Source: a virus
Lineage: Duplodnaviria; Caudoviricetes
Reading direction: 5' to 3' (one strand)
IMG/VR virus record: IMGVR_UViG_3300021400_000056
Coordinates: 1-64,000 of that record
DNA: 64,000 nt
The position numbers and the translations under genes are program-made. Shown here in pieces: positions 28,072-39,111 of the stretch. The notes beneath the pieces are model-generated. The model had not been told where the DNA came from, did not search any database, and was given only the letters and a program-made list of their open reading frames with translations. Numbering within the stretch: the stretch's first letter is position 1; each line of letters opens with the position of its first letter.

Positions 28072-28443
28072 TTAGTACCTGAGCAATCCCATCGTCCGGA
28101 GGGCTTCTCCTTTCGAATACCCTCTACTGTAAAGATCATCAAGCTTAAGCTTTTCGCTAGTTCTAAGTGGACGCTTGCTCCAGTAATACTCTCCTAAACG
28201 TGGATCCCAATGACGGCACTTCAGATCAATGGTTTCCGCATGCCGCTTATGATTTCTATATGCTACTCTTACAGTAGCTATAGTACCACTCGCAACAATT
28301 GGCGCCCATTTTCTAATCTCCGCCTCGTGATCACGATAGAATATCTTAGCCTGATCGCAAGCTTCCATCGTTTTGACTCTAGCTTTAAACTTAGCGTCCT
28401 CAATTTTCTCGTTCAGTTTCGTCTTGAATTCTTCGTAAGTCAT
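28072..28443 (-). CDS. Hypothetical protein (cassette gene)
   Basis: 123 aa; promoter 28476-28502; terminator GAGGAGC-TTAT-GCTCCTC. Confidence 0.6.
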   Translation of the reverse strand: MTYEEFKTKLNEKIEDAKFKARVKTMEACDQAKIFYRDHEAEIRKWAPIVASGTIATVRVAYRNHKRHAETIDLKCRHWDPRLGEYYWSKRPLRTSEKLKLDDLYSRGYSKGEALRTMGLLRY

Positions 28444-28549
28444 AAAAACCTCCTTAAAGTTATTACTCCAAGTTCCTATTAGAGGCTAAAATATTTCTAC
28501 GAATTTACTTTCCGGTATTAGGCTGGCCTTTCCTAAAATACTCCTCCCT

Positions 28550-29395
28550 TCAATACTCGTACCATCCTTCGACCGGATAGTTCGGATAAATATACGGCTT
28601 ATCTTTAACGCCCATATCGATGTATAAGACGTCTTCCTTATACTCAGCTTCATAGACCCTTGTTACAAACATCGGGATTCCATCTTCCCTTGATTCGCAA
28701 TGACAGCATCCACAGCAGTCCGGATCAACCCAACCGTAAATCCATCCAAAATGCGATTCTGAGATTCCAAGCATATTATAGAGATCGTTCAGGCTTAGAT
28801 TTTCTCCGTTTTTGTATCGTTCCGAAAACTCGTTGATAACTCTTACGACCTCATCTTCTTCCGATCTAAACCACCTGCCAGAATATCCCTCATAGCAAAG
28901 AAGCTTTCCCTTACCTGTTTCTTCAGCATAGATCTGAATATACTCCTTAGAAGGCGTCCGTAGTTTTAGAGACTGCTTTAACTCGTTCAGTGCATCCTCG
29001 CCATACTTCCTTCTAACAGCATCCTCAAGCTGATCTCTGTTTGCTACAAGCATTGCCACAGAAGCCGATAAAGCTGCTATCTGCTTGTTTGAAATATACT
29101 GGCTTCCGACGATTGAGGCGATTGTAAGAAGCCCAATGATACCACTAGGAATATAGCATTTCCAAGTAAGCTTCATTCGCTCTTTAAAAGGAATCGGAAC
29201 CCATTCTTTTTCTTCTGGATCCTCTTCTTCCACCGCATCTGGCAGTATTTCAACGGCATAGTAATCGGATAAGATCTCATCAGCCCTCATCTGACCTCTT
29301 GCCGCAAGTACTGCAGTTCCAAAAACACCAGCTACAGAAGCCACAGTGAGGATTGACGTCTTATTATTCTTTAGAAATATACCTACCTTATTCAA
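28550..29395 (-). CDS. DUF6353-like phage protein (paralog 3)
   Basis: TM then AARG; YIPSGII; YEGYSGRWF; LSLNDLYNMLGI...YGW. Confidence 0.65.
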   Translation of the reverse strand: MNKVGIFLKNNKTSILTVASVAGVFGTAVLAARGQMRADEILSDYYAVEILPDAVEEEDPEEKEWVPIPFKERMKLTWKCYIPSGIIGLLTIASIVGSQYISNKQIAALSASVAMLVANRDQLEDAVRRKYGEDALNELKQSLKLRTPSKEYIQIYAEETGKGKLLCYEGYSGRWFRSEEDEVVRVINEFSERYKNGENLSLNDLYNMLGISESHFGWIYGWVDPDCCGCCHCESREDGIPMFVTRVYEAEYKEDVLYIDMGVKDKPYIYPNYPVEGWYEY

Positions 29396-30105
29396 CTCTC
29401 ATCCTCCTTCGTGTCGCACCAACGTCTAAACAGTGAATGGAATTTGCTTCCATGAATCTTCTTCATATACGCCATAGCAAGCCCAGTCCATTTGTCAAAC
29501 TTCTCTCCAGGCTTAACTTTAACAACGGTCTTAGTTCCGTCTTTCCAGAAGACGATTGTCGCCGGATCATTAAATATAACTTTTTCAATTTCCGTGATCG
29601 AAGGCATCACATATAGACCGTTAAGTGTGACTGTAAACTCATTTGTGTTATTTGTAGGCATAATATTCTCCTTTTCTTTAATAGCCGAAAGACCGTAAAT
29701 GCCGTTGACTTCCTGCTTAATTTTGTATTCAATATCTCTTTTTGCACGTACTGCCATGTCACATATCCAACCTTCAAGACCAAAACATACCGTATTGATA
29801 GTGTGAAGGTTTTCCTCATATGAAGTGAGGAAACCCGATTTCGTAAAGCACAGTTCGAAACACGGATATATGTCGACTGACATCACCGATTTGAATGAAA
29901 TATTATCAAACCAATAGTATAAGGACTTCGGAATAGCCTTTCTTATTGCGGCATTCACATCCATACCTAGCATTCTTAAAAATTGATCGTTACGTGTTTT
30001 TACGAAGTCCCGTAAGTTAAGGTTAGAGGTTCTAAAGGTTCCAGAAGTGTTAGTAGCAACCTCCCATCTATTAAACTCATAGTCGAACAAATCGTCGCTT
30101 ATCAT
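29392..30105 (-). CDS. Phage hypothetical protein
   Basis: C-terminal IEKVIFNDPATIVFWKDGTKTVVK motif, common in phage ORFs. Confidence 0.6.
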   Translation of the reverse strand: MISDDLFDYEFNRWEVATNTSGTFRTSNLNLRDFVKTRNDQFLRMLGMDVNAAIRKAIPKSLYYWFDNISFKSVMSVDIYPCFELCFTKSGFLTSYEENLHTINTVCFGLEGWICDMAVRAKRDIEYKIKQEVNGIYGLSAIKEKENIMPTNNTNEFTVTLNGLYVMPSITEIEKVIFNDPATIVFWKDGTKTVVKVKPGEKFDKWTGLAMAYMKKIHGSKFHSLFRRWCDTKEDES

Positions 30106-30508
30106 ATTAAATGTTCCTTTCTTTTTCTTCGCTTAACCTATCGTCCCACATATCGCATACCGATTCATGAGAGCACGAAGCACCCCATATAACTACTGTA
30201 TTCCCATAGAAATCTTTAGCATAGCGTTCATTAAGACTAAGATCCGCATGCCCGCAATTCTTACATTTACCGGTAAACTTAAGAACGACCCCCATACCGT
30301 GACTCCTTTCCACATCTTAATTCCCAGTCAGTCTCTGAACGATAGACAAAAATATAAGCAGGTGCTGATCTTTCAAGCGTCCTGCTTATTACAATTCCAT
30401 CCCGATTCCTGTTAACAGAGTAACTCCATCCATGCCAATCTTTAATAAGATCCGGAAAGAGTCTCTTAAAATGCTCGATCTGCTGCTTTCCCTTCATTGT
30501 TAAGTCGC

Positions 30509-31018
30509 TCACTTTAATGGTCCTCCTTTCCGATACTGAGCGGGAAGTGGCATCCATGCAATTGCATCTTCGAGGTTGAACCATCTTCCTGGCGGGAAGA
30601 AATGATCCAAAGCATCTTCTTTGTACCGTTCCACGCTCATATTCACGCCGTCTGTAAACAGACACCATTTCCCGTCTTCCGGCATCCTTTCGGAACATGG
30701 AAATGGTATCCACAACTGTTCTGACTGTGCAGAATGAAAATATTTTTCAAGAAGTGCTGTGTCTATTATGCTAAGACCCCGCTTACGGCAGTACTCCTTA
30801 ACCGCCTCATGGGACGGTTCTTCTGGAGGTGCGGGTGGCACGGTTTCAATCGCAAGCCTGTCTAAATCATACTGATTTGCACAACCCAACTCGTAATCAC
30901 CGCCTGTCCATAAATGCGGTCTTTCACCATGAGCCTCTATCGCGTCTTGCCTGCTGATGCAATCGGTATCCGACACGTGCTCAATCCGTTCCTTTCCCTT
31001 CATTGTTAAGTCGTTCAC
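30509..31018 (-). CDS. DUF551-like protein
   Basis: DCISRQDAIEA; WIP..CSERMPE...AWMPLP. Confidence 0.7.
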   Translation of the reverse strand: MNDLTMKGKERIEHVSDTDCISRQDAIEAHGERPHLWTGGDYELGCANQYDLDRLAIETVPPAPPEEPSHEAVKEYCRKRGLSIIDTALLEKYFHSAQSEQLWIPFPCSERMPEDGKWCLFTDGVNMSVERYKEDALDHFFPPGRWFNLEDAIAWMPLPAQYRKGGPLK

Positions 31019-32370
31019 TGTAATAGTCCTCCTTCTCCCAATACAGTTCTTTTATTACTTCGCCCTCAGTGTTGTAGACCCGGTCCACTTCAAAGCGATC
31101 AAAATCCAATTCTGGATACTTGCTTGGCTTGTACTTAGCATGGTTTACGTCAGTTGTATGAGTACATGTCGACAGATTTAACGGATTCCCAAGAAAACAT
31201 CCATAGGGATTTTTACAAGCCTTTCCGTCACAAATATACGCTACGGTCTTATGTATCTCACCTGTCATCTATTTTATGCTCCTTATCATAATATTCTTCT
31301 TTAACACCGTACACATGTCTATCCGGATAAAAGCGTTCGGCTATAATATAATAGTCAGTTGTCTTATCCTTAACAAAGCTACAAACCAATAGAGTGTCGT
31401 CGTAATCAACCAAGAATATAAGTTTCTTGATTAGCCACCATAAGAATTTCTTCATCTGTGGCATCTCCTTTTTGTTTTCCAGAGCTTTAGAGTGAAGAGT
31501 ACAAGATCATCGTAGTCGACAGCTACACCAACGTTTCCGAGATGATGCTCGCCATATGTGCAAGGATCGTACGACTGAAGCCAACCTTTCTTATGCCATA
31601 AAACAACCTTGTGCTCGTATGCTCCAGCTTTTTCGGTTTTTATGTATTCTGTCGAATTTCTGCACTGATTAACATTCCATCCACGTCGTGTTAAAGCAAA
31701 ATCGAAAAAGTCATTTACGCCCGTATCACTATGTTCACGGCTTTGAATCCTTCTCCAATTTAAATAATCAAGAAGTAACATTAATCTCGTTCTCCCTTTC
31801 CATTTTAGCAATGAAGCTAAGCACCTCATCATACGTGTTAAGCGCTCTAATATGAGCTAGTCTCTGGGCTGGATCTATTTCATCAGCGATCTGAAGAGCT
31901 ACAAATGATCTTCTTCTCTCGCACATTTCCTTTATTCTTATCACGTCTTTACTCAGGCTCATCTAATTCCTCCTCGTAACGATAGTAGAAGGCCGAGAGC
32001 AGCGCTCCGATTACTAGAAGAATAAACCCCATAAATATACATCTTACTGTAAACTCGCCTTCAACTACCGAGAATAAAATAAAAACCGTGAAAGCAATTG
32101 CTCCCACGGTGTATGGAATAATCTCTTCGCAGATGAAGTTTCGAATCAGGATCCAGATACTTTCAACCTTAAGGCCAACGTCATTAATCATATCCAAAAT
32201 ATACTACCTCCTGCTCTTCTTCTCTTCCCTGAGCTCGTACTTCTCAGGTCTTCTAGAGTCTTCCCTTGCAGTTATAGATACACAACTCCTGCACGGCTCC
32301 TCTTCTTCTGAAACGTTCTCGTGCTTGCATCTGCAGCAGTACTCATCAAATTCTACTATTCTAAGCATTC

Positions 32371-33174
32371 TTACGACTCCTTACTTAATTCAATAATCTT
32401 CTCGGTTATCTGCCCACGGTAATAAGAGTTCGTCATTGAATCTCCAATCTCCTGAAGGGCTTTAAGCGCATACAAATATCCTTCGTCATTCTCTTCAACG
32501 AGATCAACAATCTTTTCTGCGTAGTCGATCTTGTAATAATCAGAAGCTTTTAAAGCAACTGCAAGTATTGCTTTAACGGCAACGTCTGTCGTGTTGCTGG
32601 CATTAAAGACTACATTTGACTGATAGCCATTTACAGTCGGAGCAATACGTCCTTCGTAAGTACGTCTGATTTTATTAATGGCCTCAAGAGTAGCCTCGTT
32701 AATTCCAACAAGCATCTTGTCTCTTGCCGCTGCTACAGCTTCCTCCCTGACTTCCGACGGATCAATATCACCTACTCTCTTAAGAAGGTCTTTCGTGAGA
32801 TCTTTCTGCATCTCTTTCCATGTCGACTCTACGGTGTTATCGATCTTTGCGTTCCAGTGCTTAATGCAACTGTTGCATGCCATCTCTGCTTGCCTTTTAA
32901 CCTCGGTATCAGCTTTCTGCTTTACCGCTTTATTCACAGACTCCTCAATCATGGAATCATGAATATGGCTTGCGATCTCATCAGAGAGTTTATCAGTACC
33001 GTCAACGATCATACCGCCAAATCTGTTAACGGTATTTTCGCATTTGCTTACCATGTCACTCGCCTTCTTCGAGACATGCACCGCGTATCCAAGAGTTCCT
33101 GCAGAGAGAAGAGAAAGGCCAGCCAATGCGATGTTTTTCATAGTGTTCGCGTTCATGTTAATGTTCAGGTTCAT
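32371..33174 (-). CDS. Membrane-anchored coiled-coil protein
   Basis: 267 aa; N-terminal TM, helical remainder. Confidence 0.6.
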   Translation of the reverse strand: MNLNINMNANTMKNIALAGLSLLSAGTLGYAVHVSKKASDMVSKCENTVNRFGGMIVDGTDKLSDEIASHIHDSMIEESVNKAVKQKADTEVKRQAEMACNSCIKHWNAKIDNTVESTWKEMQKDLTKDLLKRVGDIDPSEVREEAVAAARDKMLVGINEATLEAINKIRRTYEGRIAPTVNGYQSNVVFNASNTTDVAVKAILAVALKASDYYKIDYAEKIVDLVEENDEGYLYALKALQEIGDSMTNSYYRGQITEKIIELSKES

Positions 33175-33790
33175 AAGTTTGCTCCTTTCAAGAAAAAAAT
33201 ATAAAGTTTAAGAAAAGAAGATGAGGACAATTAATCCCCATCTTCAAAAAACACATGTTCGAGTCTATTAATGCTTACGCCGCTTTCAAACAGCTCATCG
33301 TCACCGTCAAAATGGATCACTGCACAGGGCTCTCTGGTAATGGATCCATAAAACCCCTTTATAGTTCCTTTTTTACCGTTGAACCTTATTCTAGATCCGA
33401 CTTTAAAATCTTCAATTCCGATGTGATCTGCCATACAACGTACTCCTTTCTAGAAATCAAATAATATGTTCTATTAAGGAACTAATATTTTTACGACTCT
33501 TATCCGATTTGATGTAGACAGTCGTCTAAGTCGCCTTTCGATACTTTAAGCGGAAACACGCTATCGTTGACGATTCCCATCCTTCTCATGCCAAGTGTGG
33601 TTCCATCAAAACATTCTTTATCAGTGTGTTCTGCGATATCACATAGTTCTTCGATTTCATCAGTCCGGCCCATAATATACAGATTATAGAGACCAAATGC
33701 CAACGATCCTACAGTTGCAATCACCTGTGCTGGTTTCGAGTTAAAGATGTTTTTGAGATACATAGAGTTGCTCCTTTCAAGAAAAAAAAT

Positions 33791-33934
33791 AAGAGTAGAA
33801 TTGGACGGTTAGATTACCCCATTGCTTTTGCAACGTCTTCGTCTGCTTTCGCAGTGTAACCAGCTAACCCTCTTATATGCAAGCCGCCAGTCTTGCAAGG
33901 CCACTTCCCAAGCAATTGCTTGATGTCTACTCTT
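33791..33934 (-). ncRNA. Structured ncRNA (~145 nt) in its own promoter cassette
   Basis: Closing stem AAGAGTAGA/TCTACTCTT, internal hairpins including CTGC-GAAA-GCAG, U-tract after; promoter motif 33935-33960 abuts the 5' end. Confidence 0.6.
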
Positions 33935-34135
33935 CATTTAGGCCTCAAAAAATTTTACGAATTGGATGTGCTCGGTTTAGAAATATCCTGATCCAGCAGA
34001 TCCTGCATACATACCCATCTAACCGTTTTGTTAGACGCAGATGCACAGTTGCTACAAACTCCGGTGCAAGTACTATTCGGATCATTACATTTATACATTA
34101 ACAGCGGAACTCCGTATATGCAGTCGTTGCAATTT

Positions 34136-34708
34136 TTATTGCATGTCATCAGGATTCTCCTCAACCTCTACATTCTCATCTTCCTTCTCCATCTCCTCAT
34201 CAAGTTTCGTGTTAATACGATATAAAATATACTCGACCCTCTTTCTGGTCTTATCGCTGAAGATGATTCGATCTTTTCTCTTATCGTACCACTTAAAAAT
34301 CTCATAAAGATCACCGGACCGGAAACTAAAACTCCACCAGTCGCAGATCATCTCGACGATGTACGGGTCTGGCATATCCAGCGCTTTATATGGCTTATCA
34401 CCAGTCGGATCGCCCTCAAACAAGATCCAGTGCTGCCAATGATGAGGGTTTGCATGAATATGGTGAAGCCACGCCTGATCGAATTTCTTCTTGGCTTCAT
34501 AAGATTTGTTTCCGTAGAAATAGTTATCATATGCATCGTACTCCTCGGTTAAATATTTACTCTCATCATGCTCAAAGCATGTATTCCACTTGTACGATCC
34601 TGCAAATTCAGGAAGTAGAATATCCGGCAGCTTTTCCTCAATCCAACTAAACGCAGATGCAACAGCTGCCTTGTGCTCTGCTATATAAGTGTCATATGCG
34701 TTACTCAT
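34136..34708 (-). CDS. DUF5662-like HD-type protein (paralog 2)
   Basis: HK...HDESK...HHIHANPHHWQHW...EMICDWW. Confidence 0.7.
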   Translation of the reverse strand: MSNAYDTYIAEHKAAVASAFSWIEEKLPDILLPEFAGSYKWNTCFEHDESKYLTEEYDAYDNYFYGNKSYEAKKKFDQAWLHHIHANPHHWQHWILFEGDPTGDKPYKALDMPDPYIVEMICDWWSFSFRSGDLYEIFKWYDKRKDRIIFSDKTRKRVEYILYRINTKLDEEMEKEDENVEVEENPDDMQ

Positions 34709-35150
34709 ATTATCTCCTTCTCTTCTTATATGAATCCCGATGATTGTACTCGAAATCGACTTTTTCAGGAATTTCCCATCCAGAAATATCATCGATGTCG
34801 GCTTCGAGTCTTTTCATTTTACGGATCCTCATCATCTTAGACCTAATCAAGTTCATATACATTCCGTCCGTCCAACATCTTGTATCATTGCCTCTTGTTC
34901 TGACAGTATTCCATTCGCGTCTTGCTTCTGTGAACTGCTTATCAAGAGGCCTTTCGTCGATTTCTAAATGAATCATCTTTCTCTTTATAGCTCTCCTTTA
35001 TAAGCTAAATCACAAATATACTCAGTTGCATCGCCCCAACTCATGTCATGGTCTCCGTTTACCAGTTCCTCTACTCTGTCGACAAGCATCTCATACTCAT
35101 ATCCGGTATCGATCGCCGTTTCATGCAGATCGATTGACAAGTCTCTCATT

Positions 35151-35852
35151 TTAACCATCACTTTCACCTCGAATTTCTTTAATGTAAGGAAGAGAGTTAA
35201 GAATATCAACGAAGGTGTTCCACTCGTCAAGTTTGTGACCGGTTCTCTGATTGATCATAGACATGACGTTTTCATAGTTCATAGTTACTGTACGTCTCTG
35301 ATTGTATGAGCTCGGAAGCAATTGAATCATCTGCCACCATGCGGCTTTAGACTTCTTTTCTTTTTCTATATACATATTCCTCGCCACATTTAGAAATTTG
35401 ATTGTGACTTCCAGACAGTCATTAATGGCGCTATCTGTCAACTCTTCATGGCTGAAGTCATCCAGAGTAAATTCTTTTGCGTGAATCTTATGCATTGTAG
35501 AGCAAGAATTAGCAACCGTGCCAACCTTATAGGTATCAAACTCCTTCCACCAGTACAGTGGCGCCGTAATATCCATACTGACAAATATCTGTCTAAGATA
35601 CTTCCGATGCTCTGTACCCGCTTTATAAAGTCTACGCATAAGGTCTAAATCATTTTTACCAATTTTGATATTCAAATTATATTTATCGTTCCATTCCCAA
35701 TATTTATCCTGCATTGGATCATCCGGAGCAAAATTTTCAACCACATTGAACGCCACACTACTATCACTCTTACTGTGGCTATTCATAGGATTTCGCATAC
35801 CTCTGATAGCATGCTCAAAACCCCAGACGTCAATGTTTTCTACTTTAATCAT
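35151..35852 (-). CDS. ThyX-fold (flavin-dependent thymidylate synthase-like) protein
   Basis: AIRGMRNP, EHRKYLR, APLYWWKEFDTY, STMH, LLPSSY, RTGHKLDEW; canonical ThyX RHR motif not conserved. Confidence 0.6.
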   Translation of the reverse strand: MIKVENIDVWGFEHAIRGMRNPMNSHSKSDSSVAFNVVENFAPDDPMQDKYWEWNDKYNLNIKIGKNDLDLMRRLYKAGTEHRKYLRQIFVSMDITAPLYWWKEFDTYKVGTVANSCSTMHKIHAKEFTLDDFSHEELTDSAINDCLEVTIKFLNVARNMYIEKEKKSKAAWWQMIQLLPSSYNQRRTVTMNYENVMSMINQRTGHKLDEWNTFVDILNSLPYIKEIRGESDG

Positions 35853-36339
35853 TTACAGACCTCTTCTAATAATTCTTTTCCTCTTTTAGAACGTGCGAGT
35901 TTTTCAGCCATAACAACTGCGGCATTTTCAATAATTTCATCTCTATGCGCTTCAAGAAATTTATCAATCTGCGCTTCGACTAAAACTCTCATGCCATCAG
36001 AAACTCTATCACCATAATACTTTTTTGCATTATCAGTTAACGTTTTCTTAACATAATCATTTATCATATTAAGAACTTTACCTTCATAATCTCGCTGAAG
36101 AACTTCTTCCATTTTCTGCTCATCAACCTGTAACGGGATATTAATAATCATCTTAAATGTCTCCCTTCTTAAGCGAGTTCTTTCTCGCCATGTCACAAAT
36201 ATAATTAATAGCTTCGATGAGATTTCCGCTCACATTATTGTATCGATCGAGAATCTCTTTCTTAAGAAACTCCTCGCTATAGCCAGTCTCCTTGACAATC
36301 CCATCAAGGTTCAAGTTCATGTCACCGATTGTAACCATA

Positions 36340-37215
36340 TTAGTTACCTCCTTTATTATTTCCAAACGCAGCAAACGCTTCTCTATAAACTTCGATCTTT
36401 GCCTGACAGATCTCAAGCATCTGACGAAGAACAATCACATCGTCCGATTCCGTCTTAACTTCGACTGGAACTTCTTTCTCAACGACCTTTTCGACAACTT
36501 TCTCGACTTCAACCGTAGTGCCCTCGATCTTAAGATACTCTGCAAGTTTGTCCTTGACGTTCTTAAGAGGCGTAGCAAGAACTTCATTACTGGCCGATAG
36601 GAATCTAATCGGAACTGTGGACAGTCTTGAAATATCAATAAAATAGTCCTTAAACAAACTGCCAACCTTCAACGAATAAGGACTGTCAGATGCTCCTGTC
36701 CAAGCTTCACAAAGCCTAAAACCAGTGGCGTTATCCCCATATGAATTAAGAACAAGGAAATCGTATGTGTCGCCGTTTGCAGTTCTATGCTCGACAATAG
36801 ATCCGGGAGCAAGGTTTAAGTTCATTTTATCGACCTCCCTTATTGCAGCTGAAGCAGTCGGATCAGAATATCCTTCCGAATTCTTACCCTTTGAGAAATT
36901 AGTGTCTGACTTGTCCTTAAGTTTTTCTGCCCTATCAATATAAAAGTAGGTAACCCCTTTTGTGTTACCTGACTTTCTGATGATGCCTTTATCGATTAGA
37001 GCGTTAGCATCGTTCTGAAGAAGCTCTTTTGAATTCCAAAGAGGAACAATATCTTTCTTCATCACACCTTTCTCTCCCGCATCCTTAACGATAGAAAGAA
37101 GGGTTGCCTGCCTGTCGAAACGATTCATTCCGGAAGAGTCGGTTCTTGTGTCAAGAATCACATCGCATCCACTTTTCTCATACTCTTTAACAAGATCATC
37201 CATAATTTTGCTCAT
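36340..37215 (-). CDS. Hypothetical protein, possible N-terminal winged helix
   Basis: 291 aa; internal KNSEGYSDPTA motif; (VEKV)n repeat. Confidence 0.6.
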   Translation of the reverse strand: MSKIMDDLVKEYEKSGCDVILDTRTDSSGMNRFDRQATLLSIVKDAGEKGVMKKDIVPLWNSKELLQNDANALIDKGIIRKSGNTKGVTYFYIDRAEKLKDKSDTNFSKGKNSEGYSDPTASAAIREVDKMNLNLAPGSIVEHRTANGDTYDFLVLNSYGDNATGFRLCEAWTGASDSPYSLKVGSLFKDYFIDISRLSTVPIRFLSASNEVLATPLKNVKDKLAEYLKIEGTTVEVEKVVEKVVEKEVPVEVKTESDDVIVLRQMLEICQAKIEVYREAFAAFGNNKGGN

Positions 37216-37257
37216 ATGTAAGCCCCTTTCATTTAATTAGTCAATTGTCAAATATAC

Positions 37258-37614
37258 TTACTCAGTTTCTTCGGAATGCGTCTCTGCGTACCTTTCTTTT
37301 CTGGATCTCGCCCTCCTACAACAGACACAGCGCTTCGGCGGATCAAGTTTCTTTCCTTCATACCATTCCATGTCTTTCTTCGTGACTATGAAATATAATC
37401 CGCACTCTCTGCATCTAACTACTGATACGTTACCTTCTGCATGCTGAATATTCGCGTTCCAGCACATCAGATTTGCCATCTGGGCGTTGTTTACGCAGAT
37501 AGAAGTAAGTCCATCGTTTTCACCTACGAGATTGCTCTTACCCGAGGAGTCTTCCTCATTAACATTCGCCACAGTAAACAGCTTTTCCTCATCGTTCCAA
37601 TTAAGCTTGTACAT
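37258..37614 (-). CDS. Zinc-ribbon protein
   Basis: CRECG...WYEGKKLDPPKRCVCCR. Confidence 0.7.
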   Translation of the reverse strand: MYKLNWNDEEKLFTVANVNEEDSSGKSNLVGENDGLTSICVNNAQMANLMCWNANIQHAEGNVSVVRCRECGLYFIVTKKDMEWYEGKKLDPPKRCVCCRRARSRKERYAETHSEETE

Positions 37615-37967
37615 TTGGTTGCTCCTTTCATTATTTGAAATATAAAAAAAGAGCTTCGAACTGAAGCCCTTTTTCCTTCTTTGTAATTGATCTAAATTTT
37701 TATTGCTCATTGTTTTACAATCTTCTTCCACATACAGGACAATAGTTCATTACTATTTCCTGCCTGAAGTTTTTAAGAGATACGAAATGATCCCTGGCGA
37801 ACCATACCTCTGCATGAGGAGCCGAGACTGTGCCCTCTCCAGAAGCTATCCAAAGTTCCACATCGAGACTTGTGTCGCCAAACGGAATTTGAATCATACC
37901 AAATTTTTCCATGTCGTCATCATCACAGCAATAAACGCATTTCTTCTGATCGCTCATCTTTGCCTCC

Positions 37968-38405
37968 TCATTCGTCTAAGTTTACTTTCATAGCTACTTC
38001 GAAAATATCATTGCAATCGTCGATGTCATCATCAATGATCAGCCCCTTTTCACGAAGCATCTCTTTATACTCGCTAGCGAAATTACACTCTTGAGAAACC
38101 GGACAGACCGCGCATGTATAGTCTTCTCCGTACTGTTCGTCAACCATGTCTCTGAACAGTTCAAATTCAGATACCTTCTTACACTGCTTCCCTCTCGCTT
38201 CGAGTTTGATTAATGTTTTTGCATCCATTTCATGAACTCCTTTCTTTCTAAGAAACATGTCATAATCAATCTTTGAAATCTTGTATCCGGTTTTCTTTGC
38301 CGTGATGCTAGCTCTAATCTTGCCAGATCGTATCCAACGTCTAACCGTTTCATGGTCAACGTTTAACATTATCGATACATCCCTGACAGTATACCATTCT
38401 TCCAT
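37968..38405 (-). CDS. HTH_17/excisionase-like DNA-binding protein
   Basis: YTVRDVSIMLNVDHETVRRWIRSGKI. Confidence 0.75.
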   Translation of the reverse strand: MEEWYTVRDVSIMLNVDHETVRRWIRSGKIRASITAKKTGYKISKIDYDMFLRKKGVHEMDAKTLIKLEARGKQCKKVSEFELFRDMVDEQYGEDYTCAVCPVSQECNFASEYKEMLREKGLIIDDDIDDCNDIFEVAMKVNLDE

Positions 38406-38406
38406 T

Positions 38407-38691
38407 TCATAAGCTCCTTTCATTGTGCTCGTCTATTAATAGCTCCATGACCATGACTTTATTCGTATCTTGAATCGAGGAAATATACTGTTCAAACGCA
38501 ACCCTAAGGGCAATGTATTGAGCTTTTGTCATTCTTGTTCGATGCGATTCCATGTTTGATATAGATTGTTTTGTCAAACCGATCCAAGAACCAACATTTT
38601 CAAGTGTTTTCCCCGCAACACTTCGAATTGTTCTCAAATTCTTTTGAAAATATGCTATGTCTTCATTGGTGATTTTAGTAACGTCTTTCAT
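38407..38691 (-). CDS. XRE-family HTH regulator
   Basis: NLRTIRSVAGKTLENVGSWIGLTKQSISNME. Confidence 0.8.
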   Translation of the reverse strand: MKDVTKITNEDIAYFQKNLRTIRSVAGKTLENVGSWIGLTKQSISNMESHRTRMTKAQYIALRVAFEQYISSIQDTNKVMVMELLIDEHNERSL

Positions 38692-38781
38692 AAGCTCCTT
38701 TCATTATTTGAAATATACTAGAAGAAAAAAGAAAAGAGAAAAGAGCCCTAATTTAGGGCTACTTCTCCAGATAAGAAATAG

Positions 38782-39111
38782 TTACTGAAACAAAGGACGA
38801 TCAACAAGTTCGTTTAACGGAACCTCAACGACACGTATACTGAAATCCACATTTATGCCTTCTTCATCATCGTATGCCTCGAAAAACAGATCTCCATTAT
38901 CTAACCAATTTGATTTCAAATCTAAAAGACCTAATTCCTCTCGCTCAACAACCGAAATCTCTTCAGCGCGTTTAGAGTAAAACTTTTCAAAATCGAACTC
39001 TTTGCATGCTCGCATTGCGTCATCTGCGTTTTCAAAGACTCCAAGCAAAAACGACTCCTCGCCCAAATCGTCAAGACCTAAAATTCCAGTAATACAATAA
39101 ACGTTTCCCAT
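38782..39111 (-). CDS. Hypothetical protein (LGVF..EA family)
   Basis: VYCI...LLGVFENADDAMRAC. Confidence 0.6.
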   Translation of the reverse strand: MGNVYCITGILGLDDLGEESFLLGVFENADDAMRACKEFDFEKFYSKRAEEISVVEREELGLLDLKSNWLDNGDLFFEAYDDEEGINVDFSIRVVEVPLNELVDRPLFQ

